Source: Zygnema circumcarinatum SAG 698-1b
Taxonomy: Eukaryota > Plantae > Zygnematophyceae
Direction of reading: 5' to 3'
Length of the DNA stretch: 64,000 bases
Assembly: GCA_037447605.1 (NCBI GenBank)
Contig: CM074809.1
Location: 1,478,689-1,542,688, forward strand
In this document: piece by piece, positions 1-12,091 of the stretch
Numbering within the stretch: position 1 is the stretch's first letter
Layout: each line of letters opens with the position of its first letter
Position numbers and translations under genes: made by a program
Notes under the pieces: generated by a model
What the model was told of the DNA's origin: nothing
The model's input: only the letters and a program-made list of their open reading frames with translations
Databases searched by the model: none

Positions 1-325
1 ATTATGCATAGAATACAGTAGACATCATACTCACGAAAGCACACTTTAGTTAACCGAATTAACAGATGGCGCACAATTCCAGATTGAATTACAGCTAGTC
101 TCTCTCCAACATTCAACTTGCTCCAATCTTACCGAGCTTGGCTTGCCTAACAACATTTGTTGCTTGACGTGCATCAGTGTGCTGACTGCCGGAGATGGAC
201 TATGTGCAGAGAAAGCAAAAAATACCTGATTTGAATGCATAGTGCGGACAAAGTTTGTAAAAGCATATGAAATGAAACAACCAAGCTAAAACAATACATT
301 TTCTCAATTTTCAAACAATACATAC

Positions 326-1725
326 CCCTCGAATGAGCTTCTCAAAGCGTTCGGCTTCATTGTCAATGCTATCGATGGTCTTTAGGACTCCAGGTAACAG
401 AGCTAACGCCTTCTCGTTCTCTTCACTCTGAAATGATAGACAAGAGTACTACTGTACTTGTAAGTGCAAAAGTGATCAGGGCCATCATGGGCACAAGCGG
501 AAACCGTAAGTAGTCAGACATGTTGAGGGCACAATACAACAGGAATGCTAGTTTTGGTACTAAGAGACAACTGCCGCGTACCAGATCAAATTGACATCTA
601 CTCAAGACAAAAACTTCGCCTCTTCTTTCTAAAAATACTTTTCAATCTACTCCATCAGAGGAATCACCTTCACTTTCTTGAATATGTCCTCGTACCCAAG
701 CTCCCTGAGTATTACATCCCTTAGTCTGCAGAGTGTCTTCAGTGCAATAAAAGCAAGGATGTCAACAGCATTGAGCAGCCACCGCCATTTTCATCTTTGT
801 CTTATATTCGCATCATATTGTTGTTCGAAAATAAATAAATCCATCCGCAGAGGAAGTAGTGGAAAGCGAAACCAAGCCAGTCATTGCTTTAAGGGTGGGT
901 GGCAACATACGATACAAGTAGGGGGACCGTCATGGCTTTCCGGATCTTTTTCGAAGTCATCTAACATTGAGAGATACCTGTGAGTACACCTTAGTGTGAG
1001 GGATCAACGTCTCTAATATGTCAAGATCATTGCTAACGGGTCCCAACTTACTGCATTTTAACAAGAAGCAACTTTTAATGACATACAATGCTTTGCCGTC
1101 GCTACATTTAGAAAGACTAACGCTAAAAAACAGCAGCTTCATCTGGGCCATCCACCGTCCGTCAACTCCTATTTGCAATTTTTGACAGCAATATTTTGCA
1201 TTAAGAGCTGCCCACCTATCTTCAAACTTCTGAGCCCTTTCCGCAGCATCTGGTACTGTCTCGTCGGCAGCTGCGCGTTTTCTGCCATTAGAGGGTGAAA
1301 AAGATTCATATAAGCTATCGAGGATTTAATGTTTCCATTAAGTCACAAGCTAAAAAATCAGCTGACAGCAGTAAAGAGCTTTGCGCCGATTGCCAGAAAT
1401 GAAGCGGGTGATTTCACATACTGCAACTGTGCACTGGACAATCTACAACTCCGCAAGATGCACTGTTTCTCTTTACGAAAAGCGTTTCGGATTACAAAAA
1501 CTCAATAAAATCCGGCAATGCTCCATCAGCATTCGTATGTTAAATGAAAAATGCCTCGTACTTGAACCCGGGCACGCTTTTCCGAAAAACGTTCAGCCAA
1601 ATCTTCTCTGTTGGTGTCGATTTTGACAAGCTGTCATGTTCCCTTCTGTAGGAAATAGTGCAGGGCTGATAGGAATCGGGTGCCTCCAGCAGAGGGAAGG
1701 GCACGAGGCGCGAAGTTGACTCCAT
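326..1725 (-). CDS. DUF89/ARMT1-like damage-control phosphatase (At2g17340-like), 5' part; 3' exons not found, gene probably continues beyond the window start
   Basis: Phase-consistent GT-AG exons 1725-1562, 1281-1216, 977-911, 736-668, 427-326 translate to MESTSRLVPFPLL...WLNVFRKSVPGFKKRAAADETVPDAAERAQKFEDRYLSMLDDFEKDPESHDGPPTCITLCRLRDVILRELGYEDIFKKVKSEENEKALALL...RFEKLIRG. This is collinear, from recall, with the N-terminus of Arabidopsis At2g17340. Confidence 0.85.
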
Positions 1726-2784
1726 GGCTCTTCCCTTCGCTGCTTGCCTTAGTCCCTTCTCAGCTTCGCGCTCTCCACCGACGAGGCAGGAGCAGGGGCT
1801 CCGCGACTTCTGCAGTCACTGGTCCTTTGCGAGCAGCGACGACGGAAGTGATGATGCTCTTCGATGCCCAATTGCATCCGACTTCAGATTCCAATGTCTT
1901 AACTTTTTGGCCAACTTTCAAAACTTCAGGTTTTCAAGAAAAGTAAAGAGGCGTTTTCAACGTTTCAAAGTTTTCAAGTGTTTGAAAGCTAAGGATAAAA
2001 GTCTCGAGGGAAGTGTAGTTCTTTGTGTGACATAGAAGCACTCAAATTTCAATTTGCTTCCAAAAGCATGCTCCGTTTTCCAAGTGCTTCTCTATTGACG
2101 ACTGAAAGATCTTTAACGGTTTGGCCTTCAGAAAGGCCTCACTTTCAAGTCGTGGTTTGCCAGACCTTGGACACTGTGTTGTATCTTGCTCGTAATCCAA
2201 AGCATGATGTTCGAACCACAGAGAGATGTTAGACAAGAGTTTGGCTATGTTGTCAAAAGCATTGCTTTGGATCATCTCACTGACTGATGGAGATTTCAAT
2301 GGTCACATTGGTCCATGCTCATACATTCATGACATGTTCGATGGTACATGCACCGACAGAATCGAAAGTTCAGACAAGTGAGAGACAAGAAAAACATGTG
2401 CAAGAAAGAGGAGAGAAGAGATGAAATGTAACTACGCTGTTGTTTACAAGCAGCGCTTCCCTCACGATTTTCCAGTCAGGCAACTTTTGCCGACAAATGA
2501 GCAGAATCAACGTGAAGTTCGCACCATTTCCATCGAAAATTTCAGCAAAGCCTCCCAAGAAGGCCACTCATTATTACAATTGAAGCATCCTCCTTAGCCA
2601 GCTATTCATCCATTCCGTCCTGCCTTCTGCTTCATCTTTCTATAAACAAAGCAAACCCGTCAACATCGTAGAGTTCAACCCACCCCCCCCCCCCCCCCTC
2701 TCCTTCCTGAGATTTCCAGTCTGACAACCGCCACAATGTAAACTAAAGCTGAACAACAAACAGACCTCCTACCCCCCCCCCCCT

Positions 2785-5700
2785 CTACCGCCGATCCGTC
2801 TTGCCAATTCCACGTTTTCCAGTGAGTAAATGCTTTGGCCGGACATTGTATATCGTCCGATCTGCTTCTCCTCTCCTGGCGTCCTTATTCCTCTGTTTCA
2901 CTGCTACTTTCCCCATCTTGATTGCCTTCTTCTTCTGCTCAGTGTCGCGGTACCCATCACCTGGCACAGCCACGTCCAAAGGCCTACTCTTCGACCTCGA
3001 CCGCGACCTCAATCTCTTATTGGGACGGCTTTCATCAATGTCCATATTCTCTGCACCTTCCTCCTCCGGTCCTTTCGACCTCTCCCGCTTCCTTCCGCGT
3101 GATAAGGAACGACTTCGAACACGCTCAACGGCTGCCGTTGGATCTATGCCCATACCTGTCAGATGCCGTTCCATGCGCTGAACTGTAAACTGGCGATCGC
3201 GATCGACTTTTCGTGGCATGATCGATTTACTCTCTGCCGTCGATTTCTTCAGACGATGCTCCTCAAGAAGCTTCCTTTTCTTGTGCCTGCACAGAGTTTC
3301 GTCCACAATCGTGATCAGGACAAACACCCTAGTAATCCCATAAAAGGTTGCTTACTACGAGAGCTATACCAGACCAACTTCCATCTCTCTGCAAACTCCG
3401 AGAACTTCAGAAAGTTAACTCAAAAGAGAGGGAGTCGTCACTCTTTTTTCTCTCACCTTATCGCAGTGAGCGCTTCCGCCTCCTCAGGCGCTAACTCTTC
3501 CTCCATATCTTCCTCCCCTCCCTCCTCCTCTCCCATCTCTTCTTCCTCTCTTTCCAACTCCTCCAGCCTCTGCATGATGTCAGAATCAATGAAGTCTGCA
3601 ATATTATGTCCATCGATGATTTCTGGCACAATGTCATTCTTCCAGCTGTCGTCCTCCAGCAGGTAACGCTTCTTCAGGTTAGAGGAGTACACTCCCGCTC
3701 CACCCATCTCCTCCTGCAGCTCCTTCTCCAATTTCTCTGCTCTCTCAACCAAGGGAAGAGGCTGACTTTGTCCGCGCGCTTGCCTGTCTAGAACAGCCTG
3801 CAAGGAGGAAAGCTATGACAATTTTGATTTCTGAAAGAAACAGAATATTGGGCTTGAAGGCTTCCTGGGGTTTGAAGACTTCAACTTATATGAATCAACC
3901 AGGGCGACAAAAATGTGCATATAAGAAGACTGAATGCAGGATTCCAGAATTCTGGAGATCAAGCTTTTGTTTTTTGACGTGTTAGGGGTCCGAGACTCTA
4001 CCTGCGGAATGACAGGTGGCCTCTCCTTATTGTCCCGCTGTCGGGGCATCGCCACATGTATTCGATTTGCAACATCGATCATTTTTTTGCTCTTCATTTT
4101 TACTTCAACTCTTTGCTGCAAGAGTTTCTCGCATGCTGCATTTTTCACCGCGGCCACATTTTCGTCCTTCATTGTTGACATAGTCAACAAGCAATCATCA
4201 CCAGTCAACCCCTCCGTCATCATCAACGTTGACCCACATTTTGCCGCTTCCTTTTTCATCTCCTCCAAAACTGCTCGGTCCTCAATCGGAAGAGTCTCCA
4301 GCGGTTGAATATCAGTTTTGTTGCATGCGATGATAAGTGGTTTGTTTGCAAAAAGGGGCTGCACAACAGAGAAAAACTATTTAGCCTTCTGACTCACGAT
4401 CAATATGTTGTTCTAGTTGGATCGATTACACGTGTCAACTGTGTCACACGTTCATGCCACTATATCGTTCTCCTCCTATCATTTCTCCCATTCCTCTCGG
4501 TGCCCCATTTCGTCTCCCCTTTCACCCTTCCGCCAACCTTCTACTTTTCCCCTCTCTCCTTGATTGCCAGAGCCAACGAGTCCGGACAAGAGTTTAAACG
4601 ATGTTACTCCTCGATTCCGTAGATTCAAAATTATTGCACTCATATTTCTGCTCCCTTTCCCCTTTCCTCCCACCACACCACCAACAAACCCAAACTCTAG
4701 CCTCTCCTATTTTCCCAGTTAAGGACAATATTGTTCCAACCATATCCTCTTCTTGGTTACCTAGGCTCCTTTCTTCTTACGATACTTAAATAGGATGTGG
4801 CAGAGTACATTGAAGCCATAAGACCAAAAGGTCCCATACCCATTTTCATCATACCTTGATACTTTCGAAAAGTCCTGCTTGCTGCTGTATGGAATATCCA
4901 CAGGATCCCGATAAATCGACCACAAAAAGTACTGCACATCGGAGATGAGCAAGTGCTGTGATGCTCAGCATTTCAATTGTATTGCGGTCCTCCAATGGAT
5001 GATCCAGAATTCCCGGAGTATCTATCACCTGGAATTTGTCAAACAAGCACGGAAACATACAACAAGAAAGAAAGAGAGGGTCATTCGATTTGGGCCCTTA
5101 GAGCCTGCAAAGTGAATGTCTTCAGCAGCGAACTAAAGGCCTAGATTCTTGTTTTTTAGTGCATTTAGGACAGGAGGGGAAGGGATGGGGCGAGAGGGCG
5201 CGTAAGAAGGAGGATAACAGATAAAGGGCAAGGGCAGGGCATACGAACATTAAGAGAAAAGGGGGAAAAAAACACGAAAAAAGAAATGACGAATAGAAAA
5301 CGGAGACAAAGGATAGAGATATGAAGGTGAAGAGAACTACAAAGACCAGACAGCGAGAGAGGGCATGAAGGTGATGGGAGGATAGCCTACAAGCTGATGT
5401 AAGGAATGATCACCATCACAACAGTCACCATTATCACTTGCATAGAAGGCGTTCGCTAATCCCAACTCAAAAGTCGAGCATTAAACAAAACCAGACGAAA
5501 CTAAAACCAAACAATTTAGGCAATTTGATAGATTCTAAAGGCTTACTTGCCAGCGGAGATATTTGTAGTCTGTATGCCCGACAAACAGAGACTTCGTAGT
5601 AAATGCATAGGGCTGCACGTCCACATCCGCACGAGTGACCTTGTTGATGAATGAACTTTTTCCAACATTTGGATATCCACAAACGAGAATGGTCCGAGTG

Positions 5701-6624
5701 TTCGGATCAATGGAGGGCAAGCGAGACATATGCTGACGAACCTGCAAAAAAAACGAAAAAAGGCTTAGAAAAAAATAAAATCTGGGAGAAATACATGAGG
5801 GGAGATGGGAAAAGGTTGAAAGGGAAGGAAGAGAAGGGTGGATGGGAGAGGAAAAAGGGAGACAAGGAGACCGTAAGTGATGGGAAAAGGGAGGAAGAGA
5901 ATGACGAGGAGACAGCAGGATAGAATGGAAAGAGGGTTGAGGAAAACAATGAGCACAGAGAAAAGGAAGAAGGGAGAAGCGAGTGGTAAGCGGCGAGAGA
6001 GTTAAGTAAAGAGAGCGTGGGAAAGGGACGGGAGGGCGAGACATGGAAAGCAAAATGAAAATAGAGTGATGAGGTGGGAGAGAAGGGGCAACCCTAAAAG
6101 TCTCCCAGAACCAGCTCGACAACCCTACGACCCACAAATTCAAATAGAAGAAAACAGCATACCTGCTCCAAATAAGCAAGGCTGGGTCCCTGTTTCCGCA
6201 TCAAAGTGCACATCCTTCCGAGCGCTGCCCGCTTTAGCGCTTTGCATCGGTACAAAGAATCTCCATACTTCAGCAGTCGAACGTAATCTTTTGATATTCT
6301 ATCGACCAAGTTTCTCGCAGTATTCACTTGTCCGAGCGCCAGCTTGTAATGATCCTTGTCGTACAGCACGTTCAACAAGTCTCCGTAAAACGGATGCACG
6401 TCATCGAGGCGCGGGAAGTCGTCAATAATGGTGGTCATCTTGTCATGGAAGGTTGATTGCGTGAATTTCACCTTCCGCATATAAAATTGTCGGATGCGGT
6501 TGATTGCTGAACCCTTGTGGATGACAGTTGGGGTTTGGCGCTGCGTCTTGGAGAGAACAATGTCTACAAAATCCTTTGAAGAAGGCACTATTCTAATCTG
6601 CTTAAAATTGTACTGGACCACCAT
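2785..6624 (-). CDS. NOG1: Nucleolar GTP-binding protein 1 (60S biogenesis GTPase), 6 exons
   Basis: Exons 6624-6163, 5741-5547, 5028-4855, 4358-4002, 3797-3457, 3286-2785. Motifs: N-terminal [10 protein letters not shown]...[15 protein letters not shown]1 [12 protein letters not shown]2 [11 protein letters not shown]3 DTPGILD, G4 NKTD, C-terminal [18 protein letters not shown]. Confidence 0.97.
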
Positions 6625-6980
6625 GATGCCCTGAGGAGCTTTCAGAGTTTAAGGTTTCTAGGGAGTTTATTATTTCAAAGTTGATCACAGGTTTCAGAGG
6701 TTTAAGATACTCAGGAGATAGTGCGATTTGGAGGCCTAACCCTAAATCTCAACCTGCTTTAGCACAGTGGGAGAAGCAAATGGTGGTTTCGTTTCCTCTC
6801 TCTCCAGCTCTCCCTACATTCCCTTCTCCCTCCTCCCTCCCTCCCTCTCGCTCCTGGGTGCTCTGCTTCCCTCGCCCCTCCCTCACCTCCCCTCCCTCTC
6901 GCCTCCACTCTCTCTCCCTCTCTCCCTCTGTCCCCCCACTCCCACGCCGCCTCCCCTCCCCCCTCCTCCAGTACGCAGCC

Positions 6981-7077
6981 AAACCCTAATCGCCTGCGCT
7001 CTTTGGATTTGGAAGCGCCACTTGACGGGCAGAAAGAAACATTTTCAGCCGGGTCCGTTTGTGCGTCGGCAGGCCCA
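6981..7077. promoter_or_regulatory. Telo-box (AAACCCTAA, 6981-6989) plus site II (GGCCCA, 7072-7077) upstream of NOG1
   Basis: Both motifs are seen directly, about 360-450 bp upstream of the NOG1 ATG. This motif pair is established in plant ribosome-biogenesis gene promoters. Confidence 0.55.
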
Positions 7078-7426
7078 AAATAAAATTCATTGCGTGCATC
7101 TCACGCCTTTGCGCCCAATCGGACGGCTGAAATCAGCCGAGAGAGGCCGAAACAAATCCAACTCCGCAGACCTCTGGCATTTAAAACGTTTTGAATCGCT
7201 TTTTTTGTTTTCGGGCAGGGCGGACCCCGCCGCCACCACACTGCTGCTTCGGCCGCCATTGCGGCGCTCCACGTGCGGCTATATGTGCAGAAAACGTTGC
7301 GCAGTTTCACAGGTACATGAACAAGACAGTAACTTTAATTGTACCTTAACACTAACTCTCGCATAGACATCGCTTATAATGAACCATCCTCGAAGAGCCG
7401 CTTTGCCTCCGAAAGAGCGCTGCCAG

Positions 7427-7856
7427 TAGGGTTGGGGGCACGGGGCACGGGCATGCCCGGGGGGGGGGCATGCCCCCCATTTTTGACCGTCCGTGCCCGG
7501 GGCACGCCTCCAAAAATTTTCCCCATATATTTCGTGCCCCCCCGTGCCCCCTGTCACGTGACGCTTACCTCGTACGACCAGGCCCGGGCCGGTGACGATT
7601 GTTGTGTTGAGTACTGTCCGTACTTTTCATATTTTCCCGTACATGTGTACCTTTATCCGTACGTTTAGTACATTCATCTGTACTTTCTGTACCTTCATTC
7701 GTACCGTTTTTAAAATAGTATATTCTTTTTGGGGCCGATTTGAATTGCTCAATGCAGTCACGTCACGGGGCACGAAAAAGGGGCATGCCCCCCCCCCTTG
7801 GGGGGGGGCACGTGCCCCTGGGCACGGGTCGGAGGGGGACCGTGCCCCCAACCCTA
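7427..7856. mobile_element. Non-autonomous hAT-type DNA transposon (MITE), 430 bp
   Basis: Perfect 17-bp TIRs TAGGGTTGGGGGCACGG (7427-7443) and CCGTGCCCCCAACCCTA (7840-7856); identical 8-bp TSD GCTGCCAG (7419-7426 and 7857-7864); subterminal GGGCACG repeats in both orientations; no transposase ORF. Confidence 0.92.
7611..7706. repeat. GTAC-core tandem array inside the MITE (about 21-bp units with two GTAC each)
   Basis: GTAC at 7611, 7620, 7639, 7647, 7659, 7668, 7680, 7689, 7701 (plus 7572). Units such as CCGTACATGTGTACCTTTAT / CCGTACGTTTAGTACATTCAT / CTGTACTTTCTGTACCTTCAT. Confidence 0.9.
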
Positions 7857-7914
7857 GCTGCCAGGTGTCGCGCGGGCCTGGGCTGGCGGAGGGAGCTTGA
7901 GGGAGGCGGCAGCC

Positions 7915-10900
7915 ATGGCGGAAGCGTGCCTGCGAGCTCCGGAGAGGCTTCCCTTTGGCTCCCTTTACAGCGCTCAAGAGCGGGGCAGAGTGCGCGGTTC
8001 GGTGAGCCACTGCCTTGAGTGTGATGTGCTCTACTGTGAGGGCAGGGAGGGCAGGAGCAGGTGCAGAGGCTGCAGTAGTTCTTCCCTGCTGGGCCACTTG
8101 TATGGCTTTTGTTTCTCTGTGTGAGCTTCAGGGTGAAGAATCAAGAGCTCGGAGATGTTAGGCGAGGCCAGGGGATTGAGTTTGGAGAATTGGAAGCTGC
8201 TGGGAATTGGGTGGCTTCAGCCGTTACTCAAATAATTTTGCTTTTAAGCCGAAAATATAGAATTAATTCACTAACGAATTGCTTCAGAATGCAGCAGTGG
8301 TCCGAGCCTTGTGCCCGTTTGAGGGTTCAGGGTTCCAATTCTCAGGAATTGAGGAGAGTATTTTGCTTGCGTCATTTGAGGGCGTCCTTTAGTTGCAACT
8401 GGTAAAATTGATAAGTTTTACATCGATGAATTTCCAAAGCAATGAATTATTGGCCTCGTTTTCTTGAAAGAATGACCTTTACCTGTCCTGCTCGTGTCAC
8501 TTCCTTCAGGGGCACTGGCAAGTTAAGCCCTTGAAACGGAACGTCGTAGTCTCCAGCATTAAGCACAGCGCAAGCCCACCTTTGTACTCCACTGTAAGGA
8601 TGAGCTAGGAGGTGATTCTTCCTTTCCTGGGGCTGGAATCTGACGTTTCTCGCTTGTTGCCGACGCATTATGTGCATTTCTGGAGTAGCAAAAGGAGGCT
8701 CCTTTGATTCTACTGTCTGTATAAATGAGCTGAATTCCATTGCTCCTTTTCCGGTGCTTGTGTATTTTCTATTGTGATTTTTGAGTGAGGCTTTATTTTG
8801 AGGGACGGTAAGGAACCTCACTTTTTGTCTGGGAATTCTATTCAGGATGCTCTTGAGCCCCATATGAGCAAAAGGGCTGTGGAGGTTCATTATGAGAAAC
8901 ATCACAAGGGGTACGCAGATAAACTTAATGACCAATTAGAAGGGAGTAGTTCACTTCAGCAACTCACTTTGGAGGAGCTTGTGAAACACGCTTATAATCA
9001 TGGCAATCCTTTGCCGTGCTTCAACAACGCCAGTCAAGTGAGTATTGGCCCCTTAATCATTGTAATGTACATGTCGCGTTGGTTAGCTTGTCGTGGTGCA
9101 GATCGATGCAGCGTCTGAGTGTTGAGCAGGAAGGGGTTTCCACTGGCCAGACTTTACGCTTGATTATACTACTTCTATTTTTTTACTACCAAGTTTCATG
9201 GTCATAATTAAATTCTTGAAGTTGTCAAAACTTGTCCTTTAAACATGTTTTTGCACGGTGAGACTTTTTATGAAATTATGATTTTCGCTCTTGACTGTGA
9301 TTTCAAAATGGACCCTGAAAGTGGGAGTTTAGGAACATATATTTTCGCTTTTCTTTTATTTGGGGACTTTGATAATTGCTGTTGTATGTTTAGCATAGTC
9401 TTCCTATCTCACTTTGGACATGAATTACCCTGAAGGCGAGTGGCAGGGCAGTAGAGGCTGATAGAGAGAAGGCCCTGCACTCTTGCAGGTGTGGAACCAT
9501 GACTTCTTCTGGCAATCCATGGAGCCTGGAGGAGGAGGTAGACCGGAAGGGGAATTGCTCTCCCTTATTGAGCGCGATTTTGGATCGTTTGAGAATCTCA
9601 TAAGTGACTTTAAAAAGGCAGCATCGTCGCAATTCGGAGCAGGCTGGACATGGCTATCGAGTGAGTGCTGCATTGGATGGTGAAATGTGCTCTGAGGTGA
9701 AAATTCTGGAAATGGGCTAGTAGTGGTTTCAGGTTGGAAGGGTTGCAAACGCCTGTGATGGGTGAGCCTCTGATTTGCGCTTCTGTGATATGTGCCTTTC
9801 CCTCCAGTTTTATCTGCAGCTGGGTATTTCTGGAAACCCTGAACTCTCTCTTCCATTTGCTCTACTGTATCATGCTTCGCTGATACGGCAGAATTAGAAA
9901 ATGGTGAATGCTTCTCATTGCTCCCTGAACTAGTACCAATTTTCAATGCGTTGTCAGCTTTTACTGATTTGAGCGATGGCACATGTTCAATGCGTGGAGA
10001 CCAGTCAAACCAACAGATGTCGTCCCGGACTACTTCTATCGAGCCCCCCGCGTGTTGGCGGGCCGACGTGAGTGCATCTCACTCCCCTTTGCATCGATTT
10101 GGGCTTTTTGGGGCTCAAAAAATCTTGAAATTGCTTAACCGGGAAGCTTGCAGAAGTTGTGGACTAGTAAAGCATGTACCTGTGGCGGCTGTTTGGTGAT
10201 TAGTTCCGATGAAGGTCAAACAAAGGAATATAGGAGAGTCAAGCATAAGGGCAGAAATCGACACGAGGAAGTTCAATGCAGGATCAGTTTTCCAGAGGTA
10301 GTAGGCCGAAGTGGCCGCTCGTTCTAAGTTCCATGAGTTGAGACGATGGGAGATGGAGCGGAGTGATAGTTATGAATGAGTTGGAGCATCTCAAACGCAT
10401 CCTTCTCTGTCTGTCCAAACATAAATGGAACTTGTTGCATTATCAGTAGACTTGCCGCTTGAACTCAGTCTGGAAGCTGATGGAAAGAAGATGTGGGGGT
10501 GTTGACAGCGGATGAAAGGGTGAAAATAGGACGCCTGGTGGTGGAGAATACGCCAAATGCCATCAATCCTCTTATATGGGGCCACTTGGTATGATGCCCT
10601 TTGTCGTTAAACATGGCTGAGGACGAATAAGGACATGCATGTTTGTTGCTGTTAGAATGCTGCTGCAAAACCCAACTATAGGGCCCTTTGGCTTTATAAA
10701 ATGTTGCCGTTTTTGCTTTAATTCTTCGTACCGTTTCCTTTTTGTAAGTTTGTTTACCTGACTAAGACCTGCGTGGAAAGCATAGATTCGGGTAGACTGA
10801 GGTACTTACCATGTGAAAATTCTGTGCGGGACATGTTTTGGTTTCTTATGCTGGACCTCTGGTGATGGGGATACAGCCTCTTCTCACAATCGATGTGTGG

Positions 10901-12091
10901 GAGGTGAGCTTCGCCCAACTTCTAGTGGCCATTTTCAAATGGGGAGGTTCTTTTGAAGTTTCTCCATGTTGTTTATGGCGACAATGCTTGGTCCATGAGC
11001 CGCTTGAATGCCTAAATAGGAATTGTCGCAGAAATAGGCAATGTTTTATATTATGAAGTAGGCGAAAGGCTTGTTTTTTAAGGATTGAAGGTCAGGAATG
11101 GCAAGCCGGAAGAACAACAGCAATCTGACTGCTGGTTAGGCAGCTGAGAGGTTAAGAAGCTAACTGTCGACTTAATTTCCTTGCTGCCTCTTCTGGTGCA
11201 TGTGCGGCGAACGAATTCATTGCAGCATGCATATTACCTCGACCACCTGGTATGAGTGCTCATCCTTCTCAAATGAAACATGCCTACATGTTAGATTTGA
11301 TGAATAAGACTTTAGAATTTGGCTGAACAGCTATCGTAGGTATATGGTTGGGGTGAGCGAGACGGAGAATGTGTTATGTTCTTTGCTCCGTCGATTTAAT
11401 GTAACACAATTGGAAATCAAGGAGGGGTATCTCAGGCATCTCAAATTTAAAGGGGCGTTGCCCAGAAAAAGGTAGTTAGAATGGATTGGGGAAATTATGC
11501 TCCTTTGCCTTCTTCGTTTTCTAATGATTCATGAAAATGAATGGATCATCATTTCTTGTGAGCCCGTGAGTACGTTGAGGCAAGTTAGTGCAGTGGTGTG
11601 CTAGAAAGGGCTTGGAATAAGCGTTACGTCATGCGGTCCTCCATAGTTGTGCTGTATACAGCCAATGCTTCAACTTCTCCGATATTTGGAGACACTGTAA
11701 GGCTTTGATGGAGTTACATGTGTGTCTTTTGAGCGCATCCCAACTTCCAACTTTATATGTGGTCGTACGGTTGCAGAATGGACGAACTGTGTACATTGAT
11801 AAGTTCCTGGAGAGCCTTGTGTCGTGGAAAGCAGCATCGGCAAGGTTGCAAAGAGCAAAGAATTTTATATCGATGGAGGAGCAAGTATACGAAGACGAGG
11901 ATGATGGAATGACAGATGCGGAGTGGTTGGCAGTTCATGTAAACGACAGGGCGGCGAAGAGAAAGTCAGAAGAGCAGGAGCAGGCTGAGGCGGAGAAGGT
12001 GGCTGCGGAGAGAGCAAAGAGTAAGAAGAACGCGGTTGCCTCAAAGGGCTACGCCATGTACGACGAGGAGGACGAAGGGGACGAGGAGTAG
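7915..12091 (+). CDS. FSD: Plastid-type iron superoxide dismutase (FSD3/FSD2-like) with a charged C-terminal extension, 8 exons
   Basis: Exons 7915-8001, 8510-8593, 8846-9037, 9489-9660, about 10509-10588, 10877-10903, 11226-11249, 11777-12091. Metal-ligand motifs [23 protein letters not shown] and DVWEHAYY. The N-terminus is Arg/Ser-rich like a transit peptide. Confidence 0.93.

Noticed and set aside
130-200. Candidate next exon of the DUF89 gene (donor ctcg|GTAAGA)
   Set aside because: The translation does not contain the expected AGNIFDLG motif, so it cannot be supported.
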